A stretch of 64,000 nt of DNA from Rhynchobatus australiae (GCA_034780895.1 JAUZTB010000002.1:67980390-68044389); one strand, 5' to 3'. Shown: positions 24,640-37,066, counted from the stretch's first letter. The notes: generated from the letters alone by a model not told the origin. A program made the numbers and translations.

Positions 24640-25200
24640 TAACTACTACTGGCAGAGGAGAGATGGGCCATGCATCCAGGAAAAGCCCAAGTTTGTCCAT
24701 CCAGTGTGGGAACTGAAATATGATGATCAAGGGAAATTACTACAGAAGGAATGAATCATTTGAACTTCCTGGGTACAGAGCATTGATCAGTAAGATCCTT
24801 CTGTGATACTGCCAAAAAATGTACATGTTCAGGGATTGATAGTCTTTTCTGTTGATGGTGAGCTTGGGTTTGCCCGAGCCTCACATGCGAACCATGTGGT
24901 CACACTATCCAATACTTCCCACTTGAGGAGGAGGAGATGAGTTCCCATCTTGAGGAGAGAGCCTCTGTGACATTACACATAGCGTGGTGGGTGCACACTG
25001 CAACCACGGCCAAAATTAAGCACTGCTACTGGAATGATCAGGGACACTGTGACCTTCAACTCCAAAGTCCATATACAAATGTGTGGATGGAACTCTACCT
25101 ACAGAAGACAAAAAATCTCAGTGACTACATTTTGAAAAACTTGGCTCAGATACATTGTCCCTCAGATGAGTGGTGTTGAAGTGCTGCCCTCAATAGACTC
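24640..25200 (-). mobile_element. Decayed PIF/Harbinger DDE transposase pseudogene (second copy)
   Basis: Minus-strand remnants in the expected order: SEGQCI…VVTEIFCLL, ELKVTVSL, HHAMCNVTEALS, INRKDYQSLNMYIFWQYHRRILLINALYPGSSNDSFLL (compare NRKGFHSLNVQ…ARYPGSxHDAFIL). Confidence 0.85.
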
Positions 25201-26075
25201 TTGGTCAGTTGGCCTCCTGATCAGAGTCTTTCCGTTCTCCTTCAGCCTTTTCTGCCAAGGCATCTGCAAAAGGGATTGTGGAAACTTGTCTTCCAAATGA
25301 CCATTTTATTATCAGCATGGAACAGTAAGCAGTATGTTTATTGTACAGCACTTGATTACAAACTTAATTTAACAGCTAACGTTCTAAGATCCAGCTTACG
25401 TTCACTCACAAAATCTTTGTCTAATACAGTGGGGATCTTAAACTCCAAAATGTAAGCATACGTCTCTTCTGGATGAGAATGAAATGTCCTCTATGCAGAA
25501 CTACAACAGCATGGGCGTCTGCTCTTAGCAGATAGTAACAGTTGAGTGGCTAAGGCATTTGTGGGCAGGCGAAAGAAGGTCTAGGCCATCTCTATCTCTG
25601 GAAAAGAGCACTGCCACAAAATAATTATTTATCTCACTTCCTCCTTCCATTGCAGCAACAGTTAGAAAGATAGCAAGGTCAGGGAGGAGGAAGCAGGCAC
25701 AGTTTGAATAAGAGAAATCACCAGGACACACTGAGCACAACAGGTCCAATATAAAGACCAATTTTTTTTGTGCAAACCAGGTTCTGTTTTTCAAGAGAAA
25801 GGAGACTTGTTTTGGGAATCAGGCACATGTGGAAAACACTTTGTACACAATCACAGAGACCCACAGCATCTACAAAAGGTACTGTTCTCTTTGCAGACAG
25901 TACACAGTATGGAAGAACTTACTGCTCGGGTCACGAGATTCGAGAAGCTTCCAAAGCAACGTTGGAACTTACCTCTACCCTTGGAGTTTGTGGATGTTGA
26001 TGAAGTAAAAGTCAGTACAGGACTTCATAATTGAGGCAGAAATGAGCGGGAATGGAATTGGAGTCCAACAGTGTG

Positions 26076-26295
26076 GAAGAGACTGTGTGTGGGAGTGGAA
26101 AGACCAGTTCCACAGTGGGAAAGCAGAAACTTTCCAAGAGTGAAAGCCAAAAGACTTGTCTGAGAGCAGATGTGGTCAACCCAATCATGGAATGAAGAGA
26201 CCAGCCCCACAGCAGGAATGCAGAAACTAGTCTAAAAGTGGGAGTCAAGAGACTTGTCTGGGAGGAGCTATGGTCAGCCCAATAGTGGGAAAGGC
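26076..26295. repeat. Diverged tandem duplication, period about 97 bp
   Basis: agaccagttccacagtgggaaagcagaaact…aagacttgtctgagagcagatgtggtcaacccaat (from 26101) versus agaccagccccacagcaggaatgcagaaact…gagacttgtctgggaggagctatggtcagcccaat (from 26198). Confidence 0.75.
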
Positions 26296-27202
26296 AAAGC
26301 CAATCCAAGTGTGAAGGTAGAGAGAAAGACCTGAGACATAGAGACTCTGCCAATTTGGAGGCGCTATCCTTTTTTAAAATCTGACAGCCAGTTTGCAGAT
26401 TGAGACTTTTGTAGCAGATTGGTTCCACAATAGCAAAAATATTTTCAGCATGGATGTGCTGCAATCACAGTTGGAGCAAGACAAGATACAAAAACTGGCC
26501 CAAATTATTTTCATGCACCTGAGAATCACTCCTGCCCTTCTGTGACCCACTTAAGTAATTCAACACTAACCTTTAGTTGGTTTCTCTGGTTGTACCACTT
26601 CTGGTATTGTTTTGAGTGTTTTCACTTAAATTGGCAGCAGAGTCCTATTTATGTCATAGAACCCCTAGTTCCAGAATAAAGTGGGCCAATCACCTAAAAA
26701 TGAAGAACTTGTTTTATTACCGAATTATTTTCTTAAGGCCTTTTCTTAAAATGGTGCCAAACACTTGGTCAATTTTCCATTATGAGATTGTTACCCATTA
26801 CGCCAGCCAAAGGCAGTCAAAACCCATTCCTTTCCTGACAGGTTTAAGTATTCCAGGGTAGTCAGGTCAAGTACACCACAACCAGATGCAGAGTAAATCC
26901 TGAGGAACTGTACACCTCAAAAACTATAACTGGTGCTCCACAGGAACAAAATCTCATTGACTAACACAGTTTAAGCAACAGTAAGCCCAGGATTACTGTT
27001 CATGCACTGTGCAGTGTGGAAGTCCTGACTTAACTGATGGATTTGGAAAGCCTTTTGAATATGTCAGGTCATTTCACTTCTTATCTCCACCAGCAGTAGA
27101 GCTCCGTCTTGCTGAGAATTCTCACCATATCATCCCTTCAATCTGACAGCACAGTGATTTCGATGGGGATTGTCAGGTCATGGATTAGAATGTAAATTCA
27201 AT

Positions 27203-27990
27203 AAAAAACAGTAAATGCTAGAAATACTCAACAAGTCAGACAGATTCTGTTGAGAGAGAAATTGAGTTAACACTTCAAATTGATGACTTTTTGTCAAAAC
27301 TAGGAAACGTTAGAAATGAAACGTTTTAAGTTGCTGAAAAAGGGGAGGGGTGGAGAGAACACAGTGATAGGGTGGAGACCAGAAAGGATGAATGATAAGA
27401 GGGATGCTGATGCTGGCTCAGAGGAGGTGATGAAGGCTTGTTGATTGCAACTGATCTGTCTGGAGGAGATATAAATCGCCACCGTGAATGAGAAAAGACA
27501 AGAGAGAAAAACAAAGCAATGTTGAAGTATGAGATGTATACGTTGTAGTTGCTGGAAATTTGAAACTAAAGACAATAGTGGAAATATTCAACATATCAGA
27601 AAGCACCTGTGGAGAGAGAAACAGAGTTAATTTTGTAGGCTGGTTTCTGTCGGTTCTGCTACACACCAGAAAGGCTGGTTACCTGAAATTATTCAATTCA
27701 ACATTGACTCCTGAAGGCCAAGTTGGAAGATGAAATGTTCATCCTTGATTTTATATTGGGTCTTGTTTTACAGTGTTGGAGGTCAAAGATGCAGAAGTCA
27801 TATCGGGAGTGGGGTGGAGAATCAAAATGACAGCCAGATAGAAGGTCAGGGTCACCATGTAAACTTAATGGGGTGCTCTGCAAAGTGATCACTGAACTGC
27901 CTTGGTTTCCCCAACGTAGATGTGACCACATTGTAGCAATGAATGCAATACACTAAATCGGAAGATGTGCAAGTGAATCTCTGATTGCCC
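27203..27990 (-). mobile_element. Penelope-like retroelement 3' end: GIY-YIG endonuclease relic plus tandem terminal repeats
   Basis: Minus strand RFTCTSSDLVYCIHC…CGHIYVGETK…DPDLLSGCHFDSPPHS (GIY-YIG motif VYCIxC…YVGET). Two direct copies of the terminal motif lie at about 27205-27300 and 27550-27640. Confidence 0.9.
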
Positions 27991-29531
27991 ATTCATATCA
28001 CGGAAGGGACTCAGGGTCTGTAGGCCCCTGGTCACTGGGAAATGGATAGGAAGTGACAGAAAGTCACTTCACTTTGGATGCTTGCAGCCTATCAGTCTGG
28101 TGTGGACACATTACATACAGAATATGAAAAAAAGACCCATGTTTCACTGGTTGCACCATACAATTTCCCAAATATTCCCAATTTCATGTTAACTCATTTT
28201 AATAATGGTGCCAATAAAATCCCACTCTAGTCCATTGGTGTGTTGAAAGTTATAATTCAATTCTGATCTGCTATTGCTTTGTGGTAGATATCCCTTAGAA
28301 ACTGTATTTAATGCTGGGCTTTGTTTGATCACTGAACATCAAATTAATTCTTTCAAAATAAAGTTTTGAATGAAAGGCAATTTCAAATGTTATTTATTTT
28401 TGACATACTTTTCATCAGTTCAGGTCAGTGATGAATTTGCTGAAAATAATGAGTTCACCAAAAAGCTGGTGCTGAAATTCAAAATAATCTGAAAAGCCAG
28501 GACAAAAAGACATTGTGTAAGTTCTTAACGATCAGCACTCTGTGTGTGCCATTTGATGAGCTTTACTCAAGCATCCAACAGGATTTACAAGGCACCTGTA
28601 GGTCTGTGGTGAGACAAACCAGATATCGATCGAGCTTTCAGGGCTGTTGTGCGCCCAAATTATGAACATCGTCAATGCCACATTTTATAAATCTTGTAGT
28701 GCATTTAATGCATCAGTCTCTGAACTGATGGCATCGGGCAAGACAGTATGCCAGACATGTTTGATTTCAAGGCAGTGAGGTCAGGTTGGAAATAATGAAT
28801 CATCTGTTCCACCATTTGTAGCAGGGTCAATGTAAAACTGAATTAATGTTGCAGTGACTCACTGTGGTGCTTCCTGCCCAAACACTTCAGCAGAGAGGAA
28901 ATCCTCTTTCAAGGCATACCTTTAAATGAGATTAACTGGGTAAGATTTCCTGTGGCACATGTGACAAATGCAATTGTATTTCTTTTTGTAGCCTGCAAGC
29001 TATTTGTAGAATGGAGTGGGAGGTTTCTTAATGTGTGTCAAACATACTTTGGCAGTTGATAGCAGCTAACCATTGCTGCAGATCATTTGTCAATTGGAAT
29101 GTAACTGAAGGCAAAGCAGCAGAAGTCAGGGGGCATCCTGAGAAAGTGTGGGTGTAGAGGGTTGTGCTGTATGTAAGAATTTAAAGTTTAAAAAGATGAA
29201 AAGGTATGAAAAAGTCTACACGTATTACGCACATGCAAACATGGTGCACATTAACAAATTAAAAGATCAGGATTCATAGCTGGGTTTCAGTTACCCATGT
29301 TTTAACATATCTTGTCTAAAATAACTTTCAGTGGTGATTATAATGAGTCTTTGGTGACATTTTCAGATGATTGTGGAAAAAAAACTTAAAAGCACAATCA
29401 CATAAATCTTTATGAAATATGCTATGGACTTGGTGTTGGCCAATTAGCAACAATATATAGCTACAGAAAAGTTTTACAAAAAAATGTAGAGTCATAGTTA
29501 ATCTAAAATGAACTAATCAAAGAAATGATGG

Positions 29532-29680
29532 AATGCAAAAGAAAATCCTGGAGATACTCAGGTCAGGCAACATCTGCAGGGAGAAAAAAACCTTAAACTT
29601 TGTTTCTCTTTCCATAGATGCTGCCTGACCAAATGAGTATTTCCAACATTGCCTACTTTTTTTATTTCAGATTTCCAGTG
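29532..29680. mobile_element. Palindromic pair of Penelope-derived tails
   Basis: Left arm ctggagatactcaggtcaggcaacatctgcagggagaaa, right arm tttctctttccatagatgctgcctgaccaaatgagtatttcca, short spacer. Confidence 0.7.
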
Positions 29681-30074
29681 TTTGACTTTTCACTTACTCA
29701 AGAAAATGAAGGAAATGTTTCCTTCTAAAACAATGGTGAGTTCTACTGCTTTTGAAGATGTTGGAACTGAGACAATGAACAATTGAATTTGGTGTAAGCA
29801 GATTGGATTAAAATAACTCATTTCTGTGGCGTATTTTGAGGCCTAATGTTACGCTTGACTCATTCAACTTTTCTTCTTGGAGCTGCTGAAAGAAATAAAT
29901 TGATTATAGATGGCAAAGTTGTTACAATTTCATAACATGTTCAAAGTATAAACAGAACACCTGGCTGCATTGAAACAGAAAATAATTCATAATAATATAA
30001 TCATGATGGAATGGTTCTTACTAGAAAAATAAAGGCAAGTTAAAGACTCACACTGTTACTGATTTTTAAAATCC

Positions 30075-30260
30075 CCTTCACAGGATATGGTTATGCCAGT
30101 ATTTATTATCCATCTGTGATTGCTCCTTAACTGGGTGATTTGCTGGATCATTTTAGACGGTAGTTAAGTTTCAAAAATTAATATGGATTTGGACTTAACA
30201 TGAGATGGGTTATTTCCTTCTTGAAGGACATTTAGTGTGCCTTTTGGATTTCTGATAATA
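30075..30260 (-). mobile_element. Old SINE fragment (same family as 6897-7212)
   Basis: ggatatggttatgccagtatttattatccatc…tttccttcttgaaggacatttagtg. Confidence 0.55.
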
Positions 30261-30544
30261 GCTTCATTCTATATTTATGTACAAATAAGAAAGCAAATTC
30301 AGAGGATTAGGGAGTTGTGAATCTCCACTGGTTCCTGCCCTACTATTTGCTTTCACATGAAATGCATGTAGCTATCTACCTCCCCTTACTTTTAAGTTGT
30401 TGGCTTTGCACATTAATTACCAGAATGCTTACTGTGGAAGTTATGTCTGGTAATTAAGAGCGTAGGAACTTTGTGATTGCCAATTAACCCCACTAGCCCA
30501 GAAAGGGAATAGTATAACCAGTTGATTATTGTAAGCAGTAAATT

Positions 30545-31790
30545 ATTGATAGAGAGTAGAATTAGGGGCAGAAGGCCATGCAGCCCATTAAGCCTGTTCT
30601 AACATTCAACAATATCATGGTTAATAGCTACACTAACCCTAGACTTCCACCTTATCCCTTCACTCTTTGATTCCCTTGGTACACAAAAATATATCCATCT
30701 CATTCTTAAATAAAATCATTGGTTGGGAAGGTATTGCCCTCTGGGGATATAGAGTTCCAACATTTTTCACCTCTCTGATTGAGGTCGCTTTCCCTTATCT
30801 CAGTTCCCAGGTAAACAGCAACAATACAGTCAAGCACTCTAAAATTCTGATAGATTTCAGTATTACCAGAGGTTTAAACTACTCAATCTCTCTTCACTGA
30901 ACGGTTTCTTCATTCCAGGAAATAATCCTGTGTTAGCACCATTCTAACACAAGTCTTTCCTTTAATTAGGGACCAAAATTTCAATACTTAAGGTATAGCC
31001 TCACCAAAACAAAATTATTTTGCTCTCCTATTTCAACCACGTTGTAAAAGTAAATCCAGCATATCATTTGTCTTCCTAATTACTCATTGTGTGTTCATGT
31101 CCATTTTCTGAGAATTGTGTTTAAGAATGCCCAAATTACTCCAAATATCATCTTTTAGCTTTTAAAATGTTTTTAGATTCATTTTACCAAAATACATAAT
31201 CTTATACTTCCCCCTGCTATATGCATGTCTTCTTAATCACTTACTTAACCAACCTTTATGTTCCTTCATCTAAATCATCAATAAAGACTGTAAACAGCAG
31301 AAGCCTATGCATTAATACTTCTGGCATTCTAGTTACCACCTGCTAACCTAAAAATGACCATTTTATTCTTAGTTTATGTCTTCTGTCCATTAAGCAATCT
31401 TGACAACTTGTTAATGTGTTTCCCCCACCCCCATCATCCCTATAATTCCTCTCGCCCTGATCTTGGGTAACTCTTATGTATTCAATGTAACTGAAAACCC
31501 AAATATCCCACATCCAATACTCTTTTTTGTTCACTTTTTCAGTTAAGTCCTCAAAAACTCTCATAAACCTTTGAAACTTAATTCTCATTTCACAAAACCC
31601 AGTTGAATTTGCCCAGGCATTTTCTGAGTTTCCAAGCATTGTTTAATCCTTGACAATAAATTTCAGCAATTTAATGAGAACAGATTTCATATTTACCAGC
31701 CTAGAGTTTGCTTTTTTTTTCTCTACTTCTCCTGTCTTAAACAATGAGCTTCTATTTGTTACTTTCCAGTAAACAGAAACTATTCTAGAC
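30545..31790 (-). mobile_element. Old decayed CR1 (RT to 3' UTR), continuing at 33400-33560 beyond a nested LINE
   Basis: FEDLTEKVNK remnant, 3' UTR ggggcagaaggccatgcagccc. The upstream part (KxKPSKSSGSDG) resumes at 33400. Confidence 0.7.
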
Positions 31791-31799
31791 TGTACTTAT

Positions 31800-33395
31800 G
31801 AAAAGGCTAAAGCATTCAAAACCAAGTTCAACCAGAAGTACCAAGTCGATGATTCATCCTGGCTTCCTCCTGAGATCCCCAAAGAAGCTAGTCTTTCAGG
31901 CAATTAGATTCACTTTATGTGATGTGAAGAAATGGCTGGAAGCAGTGGTTACAGAAAAGTCTGTGGGACCAGACAATATCCCAGCTGTACTACTAAAGAT
32001 CTGTGCCTCTGGCCAAGCTGTTCCACTACAGTTTTAATACTTGCATCTACTCAACCAAAAAAAAAAGCAGAACAAATCCAAACTGGCTCATTACCTCCCA
32101 ATCATTCCATGTGATTGGCAAAGCGATGGAGAAGTTGTTGACGTGGCTATCAACCAAGACTTGCTCATCGATAACCTGTTCTCTGATACCCAGAATGGAC
32201 TTCAATAGGAGCACTTGGCTCCAGACTTCATCAGAGCCTTGTTCCAAACATGAACCAAAGAACTAAACTCCAGAGATGAGGTGAGGATGGCTGCCCTTGA
32301 AGTCGAGGCAGCATTTGACCTAGTGTGGAATCAAGGAGTCCTGATAAAACTGAAGATAATGGGCATCAAAGGGACAAAGTTCTAATTGCTGGAATCATAC
32401 CTTTCATAAAGGAAGATGGGTGTGATTGTTGGAGGTTGACCATCCCAGCCACAACACATCTCTGCAGCAGTTCCTCAGGGCAGTGTCCTAAGCCCAATCA
32501 CTTTCTAGTGCTTCATCAGTGACCTTTTTTCCATCATGAGATCATAAGTGGGCACATTCACTGATGATTGTACTATGTTCAATTCCATATGCTATTCCTT
32601 AAAAAATGAATCAGTCCATGTTTGCATACAAGACACAAATGACAATCATGCATGTGCTGGTAAGTGCAAGTATTGTTCTCACCAGAAAAGTGTCTGGCAA
32701 TGACTATCTCCAAAAAGCAACAATCTATTCACCTACCCCTGTCATTCAATGATATTACCTTCAGTAAGTCTCCCAACATCAATATCACAGGGGTCACCAT
32801 TAACCACAAACTTAAGTGGACCAGCCACATAAATATCATGGTTACAAGAACAATCCAGAGGCTGATTATCCTGTGATGAATGACTCACTTTCTGATGCCC
32901 CTCAATGTTTTCACCATCGACTAGGCACAGATGAAGAGGGTAGTATATCACCCTCCACTGTTCTAGAAGAGTANNNNNNNNNNNNNATTGAAGAAGCTTG
33001 ATACCATCCAGGATAAAGCAGCCCACTTGATTGACACCCAGTCCAGCACCTAAAACATTCATTCCCACCATCTCTGGAGTACAGAAGCTATAATGCACAT
33101 CATCTACAAAATACAATTACTTGCCCCGTCTACTCCAACAGCACCTCCCAAACCCACAATCTCTGCTGTCAGGTAGGACAAGTCAGCAGGCACACGGAAA
33201 CATGACTACTACCATGTTCCCTTCCAAGTTGCAATGTCATCCTGACTTGGAAATATAATCCCACAACTCTCTACCCAGCAGCATTAAGGGAGAAGCTTTG
33301 CCAGAGGGACTGCAGTGGGACGCAACTACCAGTTAGTGATGAACTATTAATTCTGGCCTTACCAGTGATATCCATATTTAGAAAAATGAATGAAT
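31800..33395 (+). mobile_element. CR1/L2-group LINE (RT to 3' end) nested in an older CR1
   Basis: KSVGPDNIPAVLLK, ALEVEAAFDLVWNQG, VPQGSVLSP…FISDL…TFTDD, LKWTSHIN, tail ctggccttaccagtgatatcca…aatgaatgaa. Confidence 0.9.
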
Positions 33396-34464
33396 GGGGA
33401 AAAAATTGAGAGGATCTGGAAAATCATTGCAGTTATCTCTTTAAGAACCTTAGGCATTAGGCCATCAGATCCAGAGGATTTGCTAGGTTTTAGACCTATT
33501 AGTTTCTCCAGAAATTATGTATTAGTAATATTAATGAAATTAATGTCATCACTGTCGTCAGTTCATGAATTAGCCACAATATTTGGTAGGTTCTATATTC
33601 CATATGATTTCTTTTCTGTAGACAGATACATAGTTTTTGTTTCTGTTATAGGTAAGTTATTGCCACATTAAATGTTTTGTGGACCAAACCAACAATCACT
33701 GTTAAATAGCCTCAACAATATAATGTTCATGGCAGGGTACTTTTCAGCCCTGCTGCCTGGGCAGTAATGTAATGGAACAGATTTTCATCCTATTGATTTT
33801 GGTGTCCTATAGCAGGCAGGTTGAAAATAACACCCTCCACCTCACAAAAGTGCCAATTGTCTTTTTGTTGACGTCAATGAGAGGAATGTGAATTCAGCTC
33901 TAAAGTTCCATCTGCTCCTGTTTTTGCAAATCTTTGAGGAAAATAGTTTTCATTGCCAACAAAGACTAACCTCCAGAAGTCATCAGATTTGTGGTCTGCA
34001 TTCAAAAGTTGTTTGTTGAATGTTTACACACATGAGTAGAGACTCATGTCATTGCTCGGAGTTTTCCAAATGCCCCCAGTCTTACTGTAGTGACCAAATA
34101 GCCTCTGAGCTCATCACTCTCAATCTCTGCCTGCTGCTACCAATTGCTCTGGGTTCTCTTTGGGTCAAGTACAATTCGATTTGGTTATTTTATGAACTGT
34201 TTGTGATTTGCAGTATTTGTCACATTTTTTCTTTTCCTGGGGATAAAGGGGAAGTTTCAGCATTGGAGTCTTTTCTTGGAATAGCAACACTGAGTATGCA
34301 ATGTGGGCAGTAGGTTGCACAACAAGCTTTAAGCAGACACCACATCCAAAAGGAAATAATTTCAAGAATGAGTTCCTGGTCATTGGCAAACAATTTAACA
34401 AAAGGGAGATGAAACTGGCAGAAAAACAATACAAGTTTTTAAAATTTGTTCAATTTTCAATATC

Positions 34465-34772
34465 TAGGCTTCATTGGCAAGACCAGCTGTTATTGCTCAT
34501 CCCTAATTGCCCTGGAATTGAGTGGCTTACTCCATCAATTTAGAGGGCATTTAAGAGTCCACCTGGAGTGACACATAAACCAGCCTAGATAAGGGCAACA
34601 GATTTCCTCTCCTGAAGGGTGTTGGTGAACAAGGTGGGTTTCTACAACAATCCAATTCTTATTTGGTCATCACTGCTAAGACCATCTGTCTTTTCCTTTT
34701 TCAATTGTAGATCATTAACAAACTTTAACTCAACAGCTGCTGTAGTGGGATTTGAACTCAGGTCTCTGGATC
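34465..34772 (-). mobile_element. SINE (family of 6897-7212)
   Basis: ggcaagaccagctgttattgctcatccctaattgcc…gatttcctctcctgaagg…gtgggatttgaactc (B-box on the minus strand). Confidence 0.8.
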
Positions 34773-34779
34773 CCAGCAT

Positions 34780-35056
34780 TCCTATTCCCCATCTCCTTAT
34801 TTTCCTGTAGCCTTGCAACTTATTCTCTCCCACATGCTCATCTGCTCCCCTTTGACTTTTTCCCCACTTACCTACACTAATGGATAATTTACAGTAACCA
34901 GTTATCCTATCAGCACATCAGGAGCAAACTGGAGCACCTGACACAAACTCACACAACCTTGGTGAAAACATTGCAAAGCACACTGAGACAGCCCCAAGGA
35001 CAAGATCAAACTTGGGTCCCTGGAAGCGTGAGGCAGTAGCACTGACACTGCATCAC
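34780..35056 (-). mobile_element. Degenerate V-SINE
   Basis: aaactggagcacctg…gatcaaacttgggtccctgg…gtgaggcagtagcact. Confidence 0.75.
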
Positions 35057-36334
35057 CACAACTACAATTTTATGTGTTTCCTCAGCAGCAATCATACCAG
35101 ACTTTCCAGAAAACATATCACCCTCCATGGAAATTCACTGCCTATGATTCCCCCCATCCCTGTCAAACAGAAATCCCTGCAAGCCATGGTATCCTCTAGG
35201 CTTCTTCATGCACAACTCTACAATGGAATCATTAATCTATTCCTGTGATTATCAGTGCTAATCGTTAATAATAATTGGAAACAGCTGGCACAGCATGAGA
35301 ATGGGTGAGCTCACAGGCTGGTTCGTTACTAAACTAGGATTGAAACAGATTTGGAAACCAATAGGCAATCAGATGAGTTTCAGCTCAGTTGAGGAAATAA
35401 TCAGTTTAAATGAAGAACAACAAAAAGACTCTTTGCATTGACACAGACTACAAATCTGATGAAGGCTGGTGCAGGTAAGCTTTATGCTGGCAGTGAAAAC
35501 TGCTTTCCTTACAGATTTTCACAGAATGGAACAGTGGAATTTAGAGCTGAATTCAAATTCCTCTCATTGATATCAACAAAAAGCCAATTTGCACTTTTAT
35601 GAGGCAGAAGATGTAATTTTCAACCTGCCTGTTATAAGATGTCAAAATCAATAGGATGAAAATTTGTTCCATCACATTACTGCCTAGGCAGCAGGGTTGA
35701 AAACTGCCATGCATGAATACTGTATCACGGGGGCTATTTAACAGTGATTCTTGATTTAGTTTCACCTGGCAATAATTTTTTTGATGGTTTATTAAACTTG
35801 TATCTATGTCTAATTAATATAGTGGTGTGGCATAGGCAAAATAAACTGACCACAATATAGAAAATTATTGAAAATAGGAATTTCTAATGATGAATGTCAA
35901 ATGTATAGTATATTCCTCTACACAACAGAATACATAGTGCATACTGGAAATTCTGGGTAATCTGGGATCTGATGAGAGTGAGGAACTAAGTCCTTGTTAT
36001 CTACAGATCTGTGTACTCATGAGGTCAGTTGGAGACACTGGGGGTCGGAAACCTGGGTAAATTTGTGACTGGAACCAGTTTTAGAGCGTGGACTGTGTCT
36101 CCAGCTGGAGCGAGGGTCAGGATTGGGAACATGGGCAGTCAGGAATGTGGGTAGGTTTATGTAATAAATGAAACTGAAACTTTAGAGCTGAAACTTACGA
36201 GGATGCTGCTATATCCATGGTGGGGTTGACTGCTGTACCTCATTGCATTGCCAACAGCCTTAATGGTAGCTATGGTCTTTTGTCATTTGTCCAGGCTCTC
36301 ATCCTTTGTGAATAGCTTAATGATGAGTTAGTGT

Positions 36335-36770
36335 ATTAATTAAAAAGGCTGTAAGCTAAATAATTTCCTGGACCTGAGGGCCTTAGGTTTGTAATGAGGT
36401 ATCTGCAAAGAAAATGAATTGGTTTTGATCTTCCACAATTCCCCAGATTCTGGAACAGTCCCTGTGGATTCGGAAAGAGGAAATATAAACCCACTATTTG
36501 AGAAAAGATGGGGAGAGAGAATAAAGAGAACTGTAGTCCAGTTAGCTTGACATCAGTATTTTGGAAAATTGTGGAACCTATCATTATCATTTTATTACTT
36601 GCAAATTCACAATATAACTATGCAGGGTCAATATGGTTTAATGAAAAGGAAACTGCATCAGACAGATCAATTAGGCTTTTTAGATTTAGCAGACTGGGTA
36701 GATGCATTGGAACAAGTGGATTTGGCTAATTTGGTTATTTAGAAGGTATTTGATGTAGAGTTTGTTACAA
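36335..36770 (+). mobile_element. CR1 RT fragment
   Basis: GRENKENCSPVSLTSVFWKIVEPII (NYRPVSLTSVVGK motif). Confidence 0.75.
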
Positions 36771-36911
36771 TGGAAATGCAGTAAAAGGAGGTGCAAGCCC
36801 CCTAGGTTATCAGTCCAACCTCTCATTCCAAAAATAAGGCAACTGGCCCCCAATATCCACAGCTTTCCTCTGCATGTTCAACACAAACCATGCCCCATGT
36901 GAAAATCAATA

Positions 36912-37066
36912 AACTGCTGATGCTGGAAAACTAAAATATGAACAGAAAATGCTGGAAACACTCAGCAAGTTATGCAGTACCTTTAGAAAGAGAAACAGGG
37001 TCATACTTCAGGTCAAAAACCCTTTATCAGAACTGATGAAGGTTTTTCAACATGAAAGATGAACTC
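36912..37066. mobile_element. Penelope-derived repeat with back-to-back inverted hammerhead cores
   Basis: ttcaggtcaaaaaccctttatcag-aa-ctgatgaaggtttttcaacatgaaa. Plus-strand core: CTGATGA 37033-37039 and GAAA 37054-37057. Confidence 0.75.

Noticed and set aside
35456-35466. Isolated CTGATGA motifs (also near 35966) as hammerhead cores
   Set aside because: No stem II-GAAA arrangement or Penelope tail follows them.
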